Origin: an uncultured Poribacteria bacterium
GTDB taxonomy: Bacteria; Poribacteria; WGA-4E; WGA-3G
NCBI GenBank assembly: GCA_958296135.2
Contig: CATQHZ020000001.1
Span: 3,104,001 to 3,168,000 of the forward strand
Direction: 5' to 3'
DNA length: 64,000 nt
Below the pieces are notes generated by a model. It worked only from the letters and a program-made list of their open reading frames with translations. It did not search any database and was not told where the DNA came from. How positions within the stretch are numbered: position 1 is the stretch's first letter; every line of letters starts with the position of its first letter. Positions 30,253 to 40,354 of the stretch are shown here, piece after piece. The position numbers and the translations under genes were made by a program.

Positions 30253-31707
30253 CTACCACAACATGTTCTGCAACGGTTTTCCCGTATACGGGTCTGTCAG
30301 TTGGGGCAGCCGCAACCTCCCACGCTGCCCATCGAAATGCTCTGACACCGAATAGCATTGCACGCGCGGAAACGTCTCTGTGCCGATAATGACTGTGCCT
30401 TTGTTGGCTATCTCCACCATCGCATGCGGAGACGTAACCCGGTTGAGTGTCAGGTAAATCCCCAGGGCGGCGTTTTCCCGTTCAATAACGTGCAGAAAAT
30501 CACGGAGCTGGCTCAACGAAAACTTGCCGCTTTTCACTTGTGCAAGCACCAGCGGTTTGTAGCCGCCCCCGGGTCGCTCCACGGTGTTGCCGACACCGTC
30601 AATGCCGCCATCGGCACCGCCCCGCTCGTTCGGCGCGAGCCCCGGCACACACCCAGTCGCCCAAATTTCAAAATGACGACGGTTGTCCTGTGCCAGCCGC
30701 GCGGCACTCGCAAAGTCTGCAGGGATACCCGTGATTGGGATGTCGCGCCCCGGAAATCGGCGCGTCTTGATAATATCCAGCGCAATCGGGTTGATGTCCA
30801 CGCCAACCCACTGCCGCTTGAGGTTATCCGCGGCGACTACCGTCGTGCCGCAGCCACAGAACGGATCCAACACGATGTCACCCGCTTTTGACGATGCGGC
30901 AATGATACGTTCCAGCAGCGCGACCGGCTTCTGTGTCGGATACCCCAGCCGCTCCTTCGCTATAGAATTCAGGGAGGGAATATCAGTCCACCAATCGTTG
31001 CACGTCATCCCATCCTCTGGATAGTAGACGCGCGTTTTCCCGGCGTTCGTCCGAATGAAGCATCTGCGCCCCTGTTCATCGACATGCCGATAATGACTCG
31101 CTAGGTATTTTTCACTGATAGGCACTCGGTAATCTCCCCAGAACGCCGCATCGGTTTTGGTATAGAGGAAGATAGTATCGTGCTTCTTGACGAAGAACCG
31201 TTTTGAACGGCCGCTGTTAGAATAACACCATCGAATGGCGTTGCGGAACTGCTTAGGGCCGAAGATGTCGTCTAGCAGTATCTTGAGATGAGGGCCCGCG
31301 GTATTATCGCAGTGGAGGTAGAAACTGCCGGTCGGCTTGAGGAGCCGGTGGATTTCCACGAGGCGTTCCGCCATATAACTCAGGTAGGCCATCATGCCGC
31401 TGTCTCCAAGTATAGCGTGGAGTCCGGTAATAGATTTATAGGCGGGGTGCGCCGGTGCATTTTTGATGCGTTGGACTCGTTCAACAGCGGCTGCGCCCCA
31501 TGTCCAGGTATCCTCAAACGCTTTGAGGGATGCATTGCGGGTGCCTTGGTTCGTATCGGTTTCGACACGGTAAAGTTGGTTATAGTTCGCCTTGCTGTTG
31601 AAAGGAGGATCGGCGTAGGCGATGTCTACCCATCCGTTGCGCCAGGTGCGCATGATGTGGAGGTTATCGCCGTAGTGGAGGCTATTCAGTTCGGGCATGA
31701 TAAGCAT
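30253..31707 (-). CDS. N6/N4 DNA methyltransferase fused to an Mrr-like endonuclease domain
   Basis: DPPF, YPTQKP, LDPFCGCGTT; C-terminal DGGIDG...AQVKS. Confidence 0.88.
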   Translation of the reverse strand: MLIMPELNSLHYGDNLHIMRTWRNGWVDIAYADPPFNSKANYNQLYRVETDTNQGTRNASLKAFEDTWTWGAAAVERVQRIKNAPAHPAYKSITGLHAILGDSGMMAYLSYMAERLVEIHRLLKPTGSFYLHCDNTAGPHLKILLDDIFGPKQFRNAIRWCYSNSGRSKRFFVKKHDTIFLYTKTDAAFWGDYRVPISEKYLASHYRHVDEQGRRCFIRTNAGKTRVYYPEDGMTCNDWWTDIPSLNSIAKERLGYPTQKPVALLERIIAASSKAGDIVLDPFCGCGTTVVAADNLKRQWVGVDINPIALDIIKTRRFPGRDIPITGIPADFASAARLAQDNRRHFEIWATGCVPGLAPNERGGADGGIDGVGNTVERPGGGYKPLVLAQVKSGKFSLSQLRDFLHVIERENAALGIYLTLNRVTSPHAMVEIANKGTVIIGTETFPRVQCYSVSEHFDGQRGRLRLPQLTDPYTGKPLQNMLW

Positions 31708-31894
31708 TATCGTTTCTCCTTTCATAAAGAGGCGCGGTTAGATGAAAATTCAGTCAATAAACGGCTCATTTTTTCCGCAGGAAACGGGCGGATATTTAAC
31801 GACATCCGCTCTTGCACTCCCAAGGCGTGGCGGGCTTTCCGAAAATTATCCGATTAAATTCTGAAACTTCATAAAAACGCGCCCCCTGGATACG

Positions 31895-32971
31895 TTAATT
31901 CGCTAAGGTTAACGCCTCCTCCCCATCTGTCAACCATGCTAGATCGAACTTGGCGAACGACAGTGTCTCATAGGGCCGCATTTCGCCGCGTTCGTAGAGA
32001 CAACAGATTTGCATATCCGAGGTAATGCAGAGATCTGAGTAGGCGGCGGGACCGGCGTGTAGGACTTTGCCTTCACTCCAATTCTGGCACTCATCGTAAC
32101 TGATGCGAATCGTCATCCGTTCGCGGTTCTGACTCGCCGGGTTAGAGAAGAGGACGCGGTTCTTGTCGTGCGTTTGCGCATCCGAGTAGCGAATCAGGCT
32201 GGCTTGACAGATAGGTTCAACGAGGTTTTCGGCATACCCGAATTCCGTGAACGTATCGCCGTTATCGGTGCTCCACGCGTAAGCGCGCCGCTTCGGCGCA
32301 ACATAGTTGCGGCAGTTGAAATAGAGAGAGCCCGCCACCGTCTCAACCACAACAGATTCGTTGGTGCCGGGTTGCGCTGTGCCACCGATGCGCCATGTCT
32401 CACCGCTGTCATCGCTGACGATGAGATGCGAAAAGCCGGATTCGGCGTAGTTCCGTGAATGCCCGACGACGTGATCGCACGGAATCACTAATCTGCCGTT
32501 TGCCAACTGAATGCCGTGACACGGCCCTGTTGCATACCATGTCCACTCTGCTGCTTTGGTTGTGTCCGTGAGCTCCTTCGGTTCTACCCACGTTTCACCG
32601 TCGTCCGTGCTGGAGGTTACCCAGACGGTGCGCGGTGCCTCGCCAGAGATAATCTTCCCTTCTGCGCCATCGGCGAGATTTTTGCAGAAGAGCAGCCAGA
32701 TTGTGCCAGTGTGCCTATCAACGACGGGAGACGGGTTTCCATCGGTATCGCTTCCGGTTGAGACAGCGATTTGCATCGGCTGCCAAGTTGCGCCGTTGTC
32801 AAAACTGCGCTTCAGCACAATATCAATGTCACCAGAATCGCCGCCGCCCGTGCGTCTCCCCTCGCAGAACGCGAGCAGCGTTCCCTGAGTGGAGACAGCT
32901 AGTGCCGGGATGCGGAAGGTGTGATACCCTTCTGTTCCAGCTGTGAAGAGGGGGCTCTCTTGTTTGAACAT
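31895..32971 (-). CDS. Sialidase-family (BNR repeat) glycosidase
   Basis: FRIP motif; Asp boxes SFDNGATW, STDDGETW, SDDSGETW, STDNGDTF; AYS and LYE. Confidence 0.92.
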   Translation of the reverse strand: MFKQESPLFTAGTEGYHTFRIPALAVSTQGTLLAFCEGRRTGGGDSGDIDIVLKRSFDNGATWQPMQIAVSTGSDTDGNPSPVVDRHTGTIWLLFCKNLADGAEGKIISGEAPRTVWVTSSTDDGETWVEPKELTDTTKAAEWTWYATGPCHGIQLANGRLVIPCDHVVGHSRNYAESGFSHLIVSDDSGETWRIGGTAQPGTNESVVVETVAGSLYFNCRNYVAPKRRAYAWSTDNGDTFTEFGYAENLVEPICQASLIRYSDAQTHDKNRVLFSNPASQNRERMTIRISYDECQNWSEGKVLHAGPAAYSDLCITSDMQICCLYERGEMRPYETLSFAKFDLAWLTDGEEALTLAN

Positions 32972-33147
32972 TTTTCCTCCTTGAACGAAAACCGCCCTTA
33001 TTCCGTAGCGCGAGGGCTCCTCTCGCGAACCTTCGATCCCGACGAAAATCCGCTGATGCCCGGAGGCATAGCGAGGGACAGGCGACACACGCACGTTTTC
33101 TGTAGGCGTGACTGTGACGGCCTTCGCCCTATGGGCTGCGGGCCGGT

Positions 33148-33867
33148 CTATTTTGCCGACTTAATCCTTGCCCAAGCCGTCGCCAATTTTCCGAGAGGCT
33201 GGATGGGGGCCGGGTCATCCATGATAAACTCATCGATTTCCTTCTGATGGTCAGAAATCCGAAGCCCATCGACGACGCAGTTGGTTGGGAACTTGGGATC
33301 GGGCGGGGAAGCGTTGTTGATCTCAAAGGTTTCGGCGAACACCGCCGGTCCCTTTTTGAAATCGTCTTCTCCCTCTAACTTGCCGTCTAGGTAGAGTTTC
33401 AAGCCGGCCGGGCCCCACGTGCCTGCTATATGGTGATGCTCCCCTTCTTTCCAATTGAGCGGTGAACTATCGGCGTTGAACCACGAGCCTGCGCTTTTGA
33501 TGCGCATGCGCGCAATGCCGCCGCCATCAAATTGCACGAACACAGCATCCGTGCCGCGCTTGTAAGTCATGAACAGGAAAAGTTCGCCGTTGACCTCCTT
33601 GGCATCGAACCCCATCGTTACCCAGAGTTCGACGGTGCCTTCATCAAGGTTGACGAACCGGTCTTCTACAGGGAAGTGGATGACATCGCCTACCTCTTCG
33701 CTGACGAAGCCGTTGCCGAATTTACCGGGGGCGAAACTGCCGCCATCGACGGTGCCGCCCTCTTTTTCTACTTCTGCCTTGCTCTCTAGCGCAGAAAAGA
33801 AGGTCTCCTCTGCAGCAGCGATTGAGACGCAAAGCAGTGCAATTGCTAAGACACATAACGTTTTCAT
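33148..33867 (-). CDS. Secreted LamG-like protein
   Basis: Signal peptide, GTVELWV, HHIAGTW, LYLDG; tail PIQPLGKLATAWARIK. Confidence 0.85.
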   Translation of the reverse strand: MKTLCVLAIALLCVSIAAAEETFFSALESKAEVEKEGGTVDGGSFAPGKFGNGFVSEEVGDVIHFPVEDRFVNLDEGTVELWVTMGFDAKEVNGELFLFMTYKRGTDAVFVQFDGGGIARMRIKSAGSWFNADSSPLNWKEGEHHHIAGTWGPAGLKLYLDGKLEGEDDFKKGPAVFAETFEINNASPPDPKFPTNCVVDGLRISDHQKEIDEFIMDDPAPIQPLGKLATAWARIKSAK

Positions 33868-33928
33868 GAGATACCTCCAATTTTTAGCGAGGGACAAATC
33901 CCTCGATGAATCTTCGTAAATTGTAATT

Positions 33929-34040
33929 TGGCTTGTAGCGCGAGGGACAACCTGTCCCTCGCGAACTCAAGCTTGATGGAAACCGTCCTTGGCTTGTAGC
34001 GCGAGGGACAACCTGTCCCTCGCGAATTCAAACCTGACGA
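33929..34040. repeat. Tandem REP units, 61-bp period
   Basis: TGGCTTGTAGCGCGAGGGACAACCTGTCCCTCGCGAA at 33929 and 33990. Confidence 0.8.
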
Positions 34041-34064
34041 AATGGCGAGGGCCTGTCCCTCGTC

Positions 34065-35027
34065 CTACGATGAGATGGGCAACTTCTTACATATCGCGTA
34101 AACGTATGGCGAGGTGAGTTGCTGGTTCGGAATGCGCATCCCCGCGAGCAAATTTCCGATGACAATATCCGTCAAATTGACGCACTTGCAAAGCATCTCA
34201 TGCCCCCATTTTCCGATAACCGCGCGCCACGGTGAATAATCGACGACGCTCAATTTGAGAGGGCCGCCCGTGTAGCCGAATTCTGTGACGTGAAGCCCAA
34301 CGTCTCGTAATGCCTTAGCGAGTGCGGGCGGCGTAATCACCTGATGCGTCGCGAGGAGTTTCGGGCTCGCGACGCGCGCGATAGGCGTGTACATTCCTCG
34401 CAGATTCGGCGTGAGCGTGAGCAGTGTCCCCATGGGTTTAAGAAGCGTGTGCATCTCCGCCAAAATCGCTTGCGGTTCGGTGAAATGCTCAATCAATCCC
34501 ATTGAATAGACGAAGTCAAATTCTTCTCTGTGCGTTTTGATAAAATCAAACATATCTTCACAGACAACCGTGCCTTGCGCGCTAGCGAGGGCAAGGTTGC
34601 GTTGCGCGAGTTGACAGCCTAACTCCGAGAAATCGACACCGTAACAGTCACTTTCGTAGGTTTGCGCGAGATAGGGGAGCCATAACGAATCGGCGCATCC
34701 CAGTTCAACCAGTTTTGGTTTTTCAGAGAAAGCGGGGTTACAATCCTCTTTTGTCGCTCGCAAGGGTTGTTGGTGCAATAACGTCTGTCGGCGTAATCCG
34801 TCATTGACGTTGTCGATGACTACGTTTTTGCGCCTGTAAAGCGGGCTGGAAGCGTTCAATTTTCCGAAATCCGCCAATGCGCGTTGAAAAAGTTTGGCGA
34901 GTTGCCGGTTCGCGACATAAGCCCACCGCAGGTGCCGCACCTTATGCTGCTGTCCATCCCAGAGGGTTGTCCAGTAGGATTCGTCTGTCAACGGTTTCGC
35001 TTGCGAGTCCATTTCGGATGCCTTCAT
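34065..35027 (-). CDS. Class I SAM-dependent methyltransferase
   Basis: LVELGCA, GVDFS, FDFVYSMGLIEHF, LLKP.G, TPN. Confidence 0.88.
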   Translation of the reverse strand: MKASEMDSQAKPLTDESYWTTLWDGQQHKVRHLRWAYVANRQLAKLFQRALADFGKLNASSPLYRRKNVVIDNVNDGLRRQTLLHQQPLRATKEDCNPAFSEKPKLVELGCADSLWLPYLAQTYESDCYGVDFSELGCQLAQRNLALASAQGTVVCEDMFDFIKTHREEFDFVYSMGLIEHFTEPQAILAEMHTLLKPMGTLLTLTPNLRGMYTPIARVASPKLLATHQVITPPALAKALRDVGLHVTEFGYTGGPLKLSVVDYSPWRAVIGKWGHEMLCKCVNLTDIVIGNLLAGMRIPNQQLTSPYVYAICKKLPISS

Positions 35028-35075
35028 TCGCCTTGTTGCAGTAGGAGAGCCCTCCCGCGTCTTGATGCATGGCCG

Positions 35076-35171
35076 TATCGGGACAAGGATGTCCCGCCTA
35101 CCAGCATTGATATCGGGACAAGGATGTCCCGCCTACCAGCATTGATATCGGGATAGGGATGTCCCGCCTAC
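35076..35171. repeat. 35-bp tandem repeat of a GTAG REP (about 3 copies)
   Basis: TATCGGGACAAGGATGTCCCGCCTACCAGCATTGA at 35076, 35111 and 35146 (last copy partial). Confidence 0.85.
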
Positions 35172-36653
35172 TCAAACGCCAGAATCCTCCAGCCCTTCCT
35201 CTGCAAGAATTGCGTCGTGTTCGATGATGGGACACAGATCGCAGAGTTTATCGGCGCAGTAATTTTTGTAGAGCCGCATCGCCCCCTGCTGCGTTTTGGC
35301 TGTTTTGATTGCATCCTTCATCGGCTGTGCTTCGGTGAAGATTTGCTTCTCAATTTTACGCAGCATCGCGTTTTCTTGCAATTTCGCGTAACTGCTGTAC
35401 AGCTGTAAAATCGCTTTTTGCAGTCCCCGGCTATCCGCTTCAACCGCCCAAACGTACGCCACCGGTAAGATTTTGTTGATGAGGATGTCCAATGCGCGGC
35501 TTTTTCCGATGAGTGCCGCTTTGCCGACGGCGCGTCCGAAGTTGGAGTGGGTTTCCCAGTAGCCATCGGGTTCCAGTGTGAGGCGTGCCAGGAGTTCTCT
35601 CTGAATGTTGCGCAGCAGCTGCGGTGTCTCGGCTGTGACGGAGCGTTCGCAGGTGGGGAGAAAGTGCATCATCAAGCTGCCTTGACAGTGATGGATGAGT
35701 CGGCTTATCGCTGCGATGCGCCGGGTAGGATAGTTAAAGGGTCGGATTTTTCCGAAACGCCATCGGGATGCCGCCATCTGTTCCGTGCGCGATGCGTAAT
35801 CCGAAGCACTCCACAGTGCCTCTAACGCTGCAATGAACGGATGTTCAGCCGCCTGCACCGGCAGCGGTTCCTCAAGTTGTGATGGCAGCAGCCCGGCGAC
35901 ACCGAATAAGATGGCTTGGATCTCCCATTCGGATTTTTCGTCAAAGTCGGCGAAAGGCACACGCTGTGCCAGTTCGCGCAGGGGCGTGCTGTTGTCTCGG
36001 TAACCTAATGCCTCCATTATTCCTTCGTAGAGCAGTTGCTCAAAATCGAGGCGCGTTCGCAAGAGGCGCATCGCCTCCGTTTTCTCCAAAAAACGTTCGC
36101 GTCCTAACGAATCAAAAACGCCGCGTAGCACCTCAACGTCGAGCTTGTGCCCCGTTACCTGGCAGTAATTGGCGGCATTTACCTCCGCTTTCTGCGCCTG
36201 GTCAAACATATCACCGGTAGGCGCGTTGATGAATTTGAGGAGTTCCAACGTCGGAACCCGCTTCCCGTTCTGGAGCCGCGTCCGCAGATTGAAATCATCG
36301 TTAAAGAAAACAGCATGCAGGATGACGCGGTTATATCTGGGATTGAGATGGTGTTTATGCGTATACCACTCCGAAGAGCTAACGTGAATCTCAACATCTC
36401 CGACGTGCAGTTTGCCGGCGAGTTCAATTTCTGCGTGCAAGAAATCGGGGCCCTCGCCGTGGTTCCACGTTCCGGGCTTCAGCACGCGGATTGTGCGTCT
36501 GTCAATCGCCTCAAGATTAGCATTGAAGAAGCGTTGCGTCTGCCATAATTTTTGGACGAACGCCTCTTCGATTTTGCTCAGATCGGGTTCGTAAACCTGG
36601 TCTGGTTCTCTGAACTGCGCTATGAGATGTGCGATTTTATCCATATCATTCAT
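35172..36653 (-). CDS. DUF2851-like protein
   Basis: PG.WN..EGPDF..A, GDVEIH, W..H.H..NP.YN.VILH, RP.N.P.RR, C-terminal C...C..C. Confidence 0.8.
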   Translation of the reverse strand: MNDMDKIAHLIAQFREPDQVYEPDLSKIEEAFVQKLWQTQRFFNANLEAIDRRTIRVLKPGTWNHGEGPDFLHAEIELAGKLHVGDVEIHVSSSEWYTHKHHLNPRYNRVILHAVFFNDDFNLRTRLQNGKRVPTLELLKFINAPTGDMFDQAQKAEVNAANYCQVTGHKLDVEVLRGVFDSLGRERFLEKTEAMRLLRTRLDFEQLLYEGIMEALGYRDNSTPLRELAQRVPFADFDEKSEWEIQAILFGVAGLLPSQLEEPLPVQAAEHPFIAALEALWSASDYASRTEQMAASRWRFGKIRPFNYPTRRIAAISRLIHHCQGSLMMHFLPTCERSVTAETPQLLRNIQRELLARLTLEPDGYWETHSNFGRAVGKAALIGKSRALDILINKILPVAYVWAVEADSRGLQKAILQLYSSYAKLQENAMLRKIEKQIFTEAQPMKDAIKTAKTQQGAMRLYKNYCADKLCDLCPIIEHDAILAEEGLEDSGV

Positions 36654-36664
36654 ATTTTTCCCTT

Positions 36665-37309
36665 TCAACGTCGCCAAGCGATACCTCTCTGAATTTCGCT
36701 GAGCAGTGCAGCCGTTGCAACTTGCGGTTCGGGATGCGCGCACACTGCGGAGATGACAGCGATGCCGTGTGCGCCCGCACGAATTACCGCTGCAGCGGTA
36801 TCCACCGTAATACCGCCAATCGCGATGACAGGACAATCCGCAATCTCGCACATGCGGCGAAGCCGCGCGAGCCCTTTGGCGGTTTCCGCGTCCGGCTTTG
36901 AGCTGGTGTCGTAAATAGGCCCGAACCCGATATAGTCCGCTCCTTCCGAAATCGCGGCGAGGATTTTCGCCTCGGTCCGTGCCGAGGCTCCGATGAGAGT
37001 CTCCGCGGGAAGGATACGTCTCCCGATGGTGACAGGCATATCGTCCTGTCCGAAATGCACGCCTTTCGCGCCGACTGCCATCGCGATATCGGCGCGGTCA
37101 TTGACAATTAACGGGACACCGTGTTGCGCGCAGAGCGTCTGCATTTCTTGTGCGGTGTGCACTAATTCGCGCGTCGTGCCCGTTTTCTGCCGAAATTGCA
37201 CCGTGTCCGCGCCGCCAGCAATTGCCAGTTCTGCCAGTTGCGCGTGTGTGAATCGCGATTGAAGCGTTGTATCAGTGATGACGTGAAGAACGCCGATTTC
37301 TTTTTTCAT
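36665..37309 (-). CDS. thiE: Thiamine-phosphate synthase
   Basis: VQFRQK, IVNDR.D, GVHFGQDD, GPIYDTSSK, AIGGI, AVISAV. Confidence 0.95.
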   Translation of the reverse strand: MKKEIGVLHVITDTTLQSRFTHAQLAELAIAGGADTVQFRQKTGTTRELVHTAQEMQTLCAQHGVPLIVNDRADIAMAVGAKGVHFGQDDMPVTIGRRILPAETLIGASARTEAKILAAISEGADYIGFGPIYDTSSKPDAETAKGLARLRRMCEIADCPVIAIGGITVDTAAAVIRAGAHGIAVISAVCAHPEPQVATAALLSEIQRGIAWRR

Positions 37310-38069
37310 CGTCTTTTTCCGTGTCTATAGAGAGTCCTAACGCCGAGCGGAGTGCGTCGCGAACCTCGTCGCCGATGCGCACCGCGTGTGCAACATCGGC
37401 CGCTGTCGCAAAATACGCCCCAAAATCGGGGTGCCATCTGCGCCATTCCGGGTGCGTTGGTACAATCAGAGCCAACAATTCGTTCAAGTCGTGCGTCCTC
37501 GGCGGGCGGATGTTTGCCTCCTGCAGCCATGCCTTGAGATATTTTTCAATGCACTGCTGCAAGTGGAAACAGATAACATCAGGAATAGTTGGCGTGGCTA
37601 CCTGCGGAAGCATTGATTGGCTTGTGATGTAATCGCCTTCAGCCTTTTGCACCAATTCCAATGTCAATGGGTTCATAGAGCCGTTCATCTCCCAAACAGG
37701 CACCACGGCTTTTTCGGCGAGCCGCAGTTCGCCGTTGTGGGGTGGCAGCGCGCCCTGATTTTCATAAAGCACATCGCCCTTTTCAAGAATTTCGCGGAAG
37801 AACCAATCGTTATGCGAGACACGATACGCGATGTCCTCTGGCGAGTGGACATGCAAATCCAGCCGAAACCGCGTGGGAATGCGTCTTTTCATGTCCAATT
37901 CTTGCCGCCGCGTCTCCGATTGCAGCATCGCCATCACGACGAGCATATCAACATCGGAGTCTTTCGTCGGTGTGCCATAAGCATAGGAACCGAAGAGGAT
38001 GACTTGTAGTGGTGCGAATTCGCGCACGATGTCATCGCAGGTAGCTTGAATCTCTTTGGTGGAAATCAT
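37272..38069 (-). CDS. MNT-HEPN fusion, copy with a 36-bp in-frame deletion
   Basis: LFGSYAYG...SDVD; CFHLQQCIEKYLKA, RTHDL; lacks FTKYAVDGRYPA. Confidence 0.8.
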   Translation of the reverse strand: MISTKEIQATCDDIVREFAPLQVILFGSYAYGTPTKDSDVDMLVVMAMLQSETRRQELDMKRRIPTRFRLDLHVHSPEDIAYRVSHNDWFFREILEKGDVLYENQGALPPHNGELRLAEKAVVPVWEMNGSMNPLTLELVQKAEGDYITSQSMLPQVATPTIPDVICFHLQQCIEKYLKAWLQEANIRPPRTHDLNELLALIVPTHPEWRRWHPDFGAYFATAADVAHAVRIGDEVRDALRSALGLSIDTEKDDEKRNRRSSRHH

Positions 38070-39015
38070 GCTGCCGTGCCTCCTTGAGAATAAAGTATAA
38101 CATGGAAACCTAACGCATGTCAACGCGGCAATCAGAAAGAACGCCGATTTCTTTTTTCATCGTCTTTTTCCGTGTCTATAGAGAGTCCTAACGCCGAGCG
38201 GAGTGCGCTGCGAACTTCGTCGCCGATGCGCACCGCGTGTGCAACATCGGCCGCTGTCGCAAAATACGCCGGATACCGGCCATCCACGGCGTATTTTGTA
38301 AACGCCCCAAAATCGGAGTGCCATCTGCGCCATTCCGGGTGCGTTGGTGCAATCAGAGCCAGCAATTCGTTCAAGTCGTGCGTCCTCGGCGGGCGGATGT
38401 TTGCCTCCTGCAGCCACGCCTTGAGATATTTTTCAATGCACTGCTGCAAGTGGAAACAGATAATATCAAGAAAACCGGGGGTGGACAAATGCTGAAGATG
38501 CAACTTAACCGAAGCATAATCAGCCTCAGCCTTTTGCACCAATTCCAATGTCAATGGGTTCATAGAGCCGTTCATCTCCCAAACAGGCACCACGGCTTTT
38601 TCGGCGAGCCGCAGTTCGCCGTTGTGGGGTGGCAGCGCGCCCTGATTTTCATAAAGCACATCGCCCTTTTCAAGAATTTCGCGGAAGAACCAATCGTTAT
38701 GCGAGACACGATACGCGATGTCCTCCGGTGAGCGAACATGCAAATCCAACCGAAACCGCGTGGGAATGCGTCTTTTCATGTCCAATTCTTGCCGCCGCGT
38801 CTCCGATTGCAGCATCGCCATCACGACGAGCATATCAACATCGGAGTCATCTGTCGGTGTGCCATAAGCATAGGAGCCGAAGAGGATGACTTGTAGTGGT
38901 GCGAATTCGCGCACGATGTCATCGCAGGTGGCTTGAATCTCTTTGGTGGAAATCATGCTGCCGTGCCTCCTTGAGAATAAAGTATAACATGGAAACCTAA
39001 CGCATGTCAACGCGG
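37286..39015. repeat. Tandem duplication (37286-38128 / 38137-39015)
   Basis: Near-identical units that include the first codons of thiE. Confidence 0.9.
38132..38956 (-). CDS. MNT-HEPN fusion, intact copy
   Basis: Same motifs plus YAVDGRYP; SD GGAGG. Confidence 0.85.
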   Translation of the reverse strand: MISTKEIQATCDDIVREFAPLQVILFGSYAYGTPTDDSDVDMLVVMAMLQSETRRQELDMKRRIPTRFRLDLHVRSPEDIAYRVSHNDWFFREILEKGDVLYENQGALPPHNGELRLAEKAVVPVWEMNGSMNPLTLELVQKAEADYASVKLHLQHLSTPGFLDIICFHLQQCIEKYLKAWLQEANIRPPRTHDLNELLALIAPTHPEWRRWHSDFGAFTKYAVDGRYPAYFATAADVAHAVRIGDEVRSALRSALGLSIDTEKDDEKRNRRSF

Positions 39016-39094
39016 GAGAGGCAATTACTTGCAAGCTATATCTAAGTGTGGTAAACTCCCCTTTAATCATTATACTACATACAGGAGAATTTCT

Positions 39095-39730
39095 GTGAAT
39101 AATTTGTTGTTTCAGTCCGGCGAGAAGGTTCTTTTCATCGGAGATAGCATCACGGATTGCGGGCGGCGAGATTTGCACGCGCCCCTGGGGCACGGCTACG
39201 TCCGTAAAATAACGGAGCTCATCACAGCGAGATACCCGGAACGCGACATCGCCTACGTGAACAAAGGAATTGGCGGGGACATCGTTGAAGGCTTAGAAAG
39301 TCGGTGGGGCACGGATGTCATTGCCGAGGCTCCGGCGTGGCTCTCGGTGAAAATCGGGATTAATAACGCCAGTCGCCAGCACGCGGAAGGTGTATCAACG
39401 GAAGATTACCTGCCGGTTTGGGAGGCTTGCTATCGGCGTATCCTGCAGCGGGTTCGTGATGAACTGCAGGCGCGCCTCTTTCTTTTTGAGATTTTCTATG
39501 TCGCGGAAGATGTCGACGTGCCGCGCCCGTTAGTAGTCGATGCCTATAACGCCAGCATCCACCGGCTTGCCGAGGAATTTGACGCACGGCTCATCCAGAC
39601 ACATGCCGCTTTTCAGAAGGCAGTCGCAGCGCGCCCCGGGGCATTGTGGACAACGCAAGATGGCGTGCACCCGAACGCGGAGGGACATACGTTGATGGCA
39701 TTGGAATTTCTGAAGCAGGCGGGGTGGTAA
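39095..39730 (+). CDS. SGNH/GDSL hydrolase
   Basis: FIGDSITD, NKGIGG, GINN, DGVHPN; GTG after AGGAG. Confidence 0.92.
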   Translation: MNNLLFQSGEKVLFIGDSITDCGRRDLHAPLGHGYVRKITELITARYPERDIAYVNKGIGGDIVEGLESRWGTDVIAEAPAWLSVKIGINNASRQHAEGVSTEDYLPVWEACYRRILQRVRDELQARLFLFEIFYVAEDVDVPRPLVVDAYNASIHRLAEEFDARLIQTHAAFQKAVAARPGALWTTQDGVHPNAEGHTLMALEFLKQAGW

Positions 39731-39803
39731 GGGCTATCAAATTAGGATTGACAGACGGAGCCCATGGGTGCGGTTTGAAACTGCGCCTATGGGACATTTG
39801 GTA

Positions 39804-40298
39804 TTAGTCGGTTTCCAGTTGCTTCCGCACCTGTTCCTCGCTGGCCGTCCAGACGCGGTGTCCGAGTTCTACGAGTCGCGGCGCGAAGCGGGAGTTCTCA
39901 ATTTCAGTTTTGAACGTCTCACCGCCATGCATTTTGAGAAGAATGAGCGCGAACGCGATTAAGATAACGCTAGAAGCAATACCGAAGCCGATTCCCAACA
40001 GGCGGTTTAGCCATCCTAAAACGCCTTCTTCAAAGATGCGGCGGATCCGTTCAAAGAGAATATCCACGAGAATAGCGGTAACGATGACGAGCGCGACGAT
40101 GCTCAGCCATTTCGCTGCATCGGGGTTCTCGATGAACCGTTGGAGGTAGGGTGCCAGTTTCGGAGAAAAATAACTCGCTGTCCAGAACCCGGTGCCCAGC
40201 GAGAAAAGCCCCCAAACGCTTCGGGTGAAACCGGCGCGGTAGCAGCTCAACCCCGCTAATCCGATAAGAATGAGAATGGCGATATCCAACTTAGTCAT
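39804..40298 (-). CDS. cvpA: CvpA-family membrane protein
   Basis: LDIAIL...GF...LNRLLG..FG...S; four TM segments. Confidence 0.8.
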   Translation of the reverse strand: MTKLDIAILILIGLAGLSCYRAGFTRSVWGLFSLGTGFWTASYFSPKLAPYLQRFIENPDAAKWLSIVALVIVTAILVDILFERIRRIFEEGVLGWLNRLLGIGFGIASSVILIAFALILLKMHGGETFKTEIENSRFAPRLVELGHRVWTASEEQVRKQLETD

Positions 40299-40354
40299 TA
40301 TGCGCTGTAGGGGCGGATGTCCATATCCACCCTGGCGAACATCCGCTCTGATGC

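Noticed and set aside
31857-31881. Repeated motif AATT-CTGAAACTTCAT-AAAACGCG (also near 45247, weaker near 61786)
   Set aside because: Unpaired short copies; probably decayed element ends, no function supportable.
35076-35171. CRISPR array
   Set aside because: Intervening sequences are identical and short, the unit is a GTAG REP, and there are no cas genes. The same applies to 33929-34040.
37576-38527. Adenine-specific (DGR-type) mutagenesis of the HEPN variable block
   Set aside because: Differences involve all four bases.
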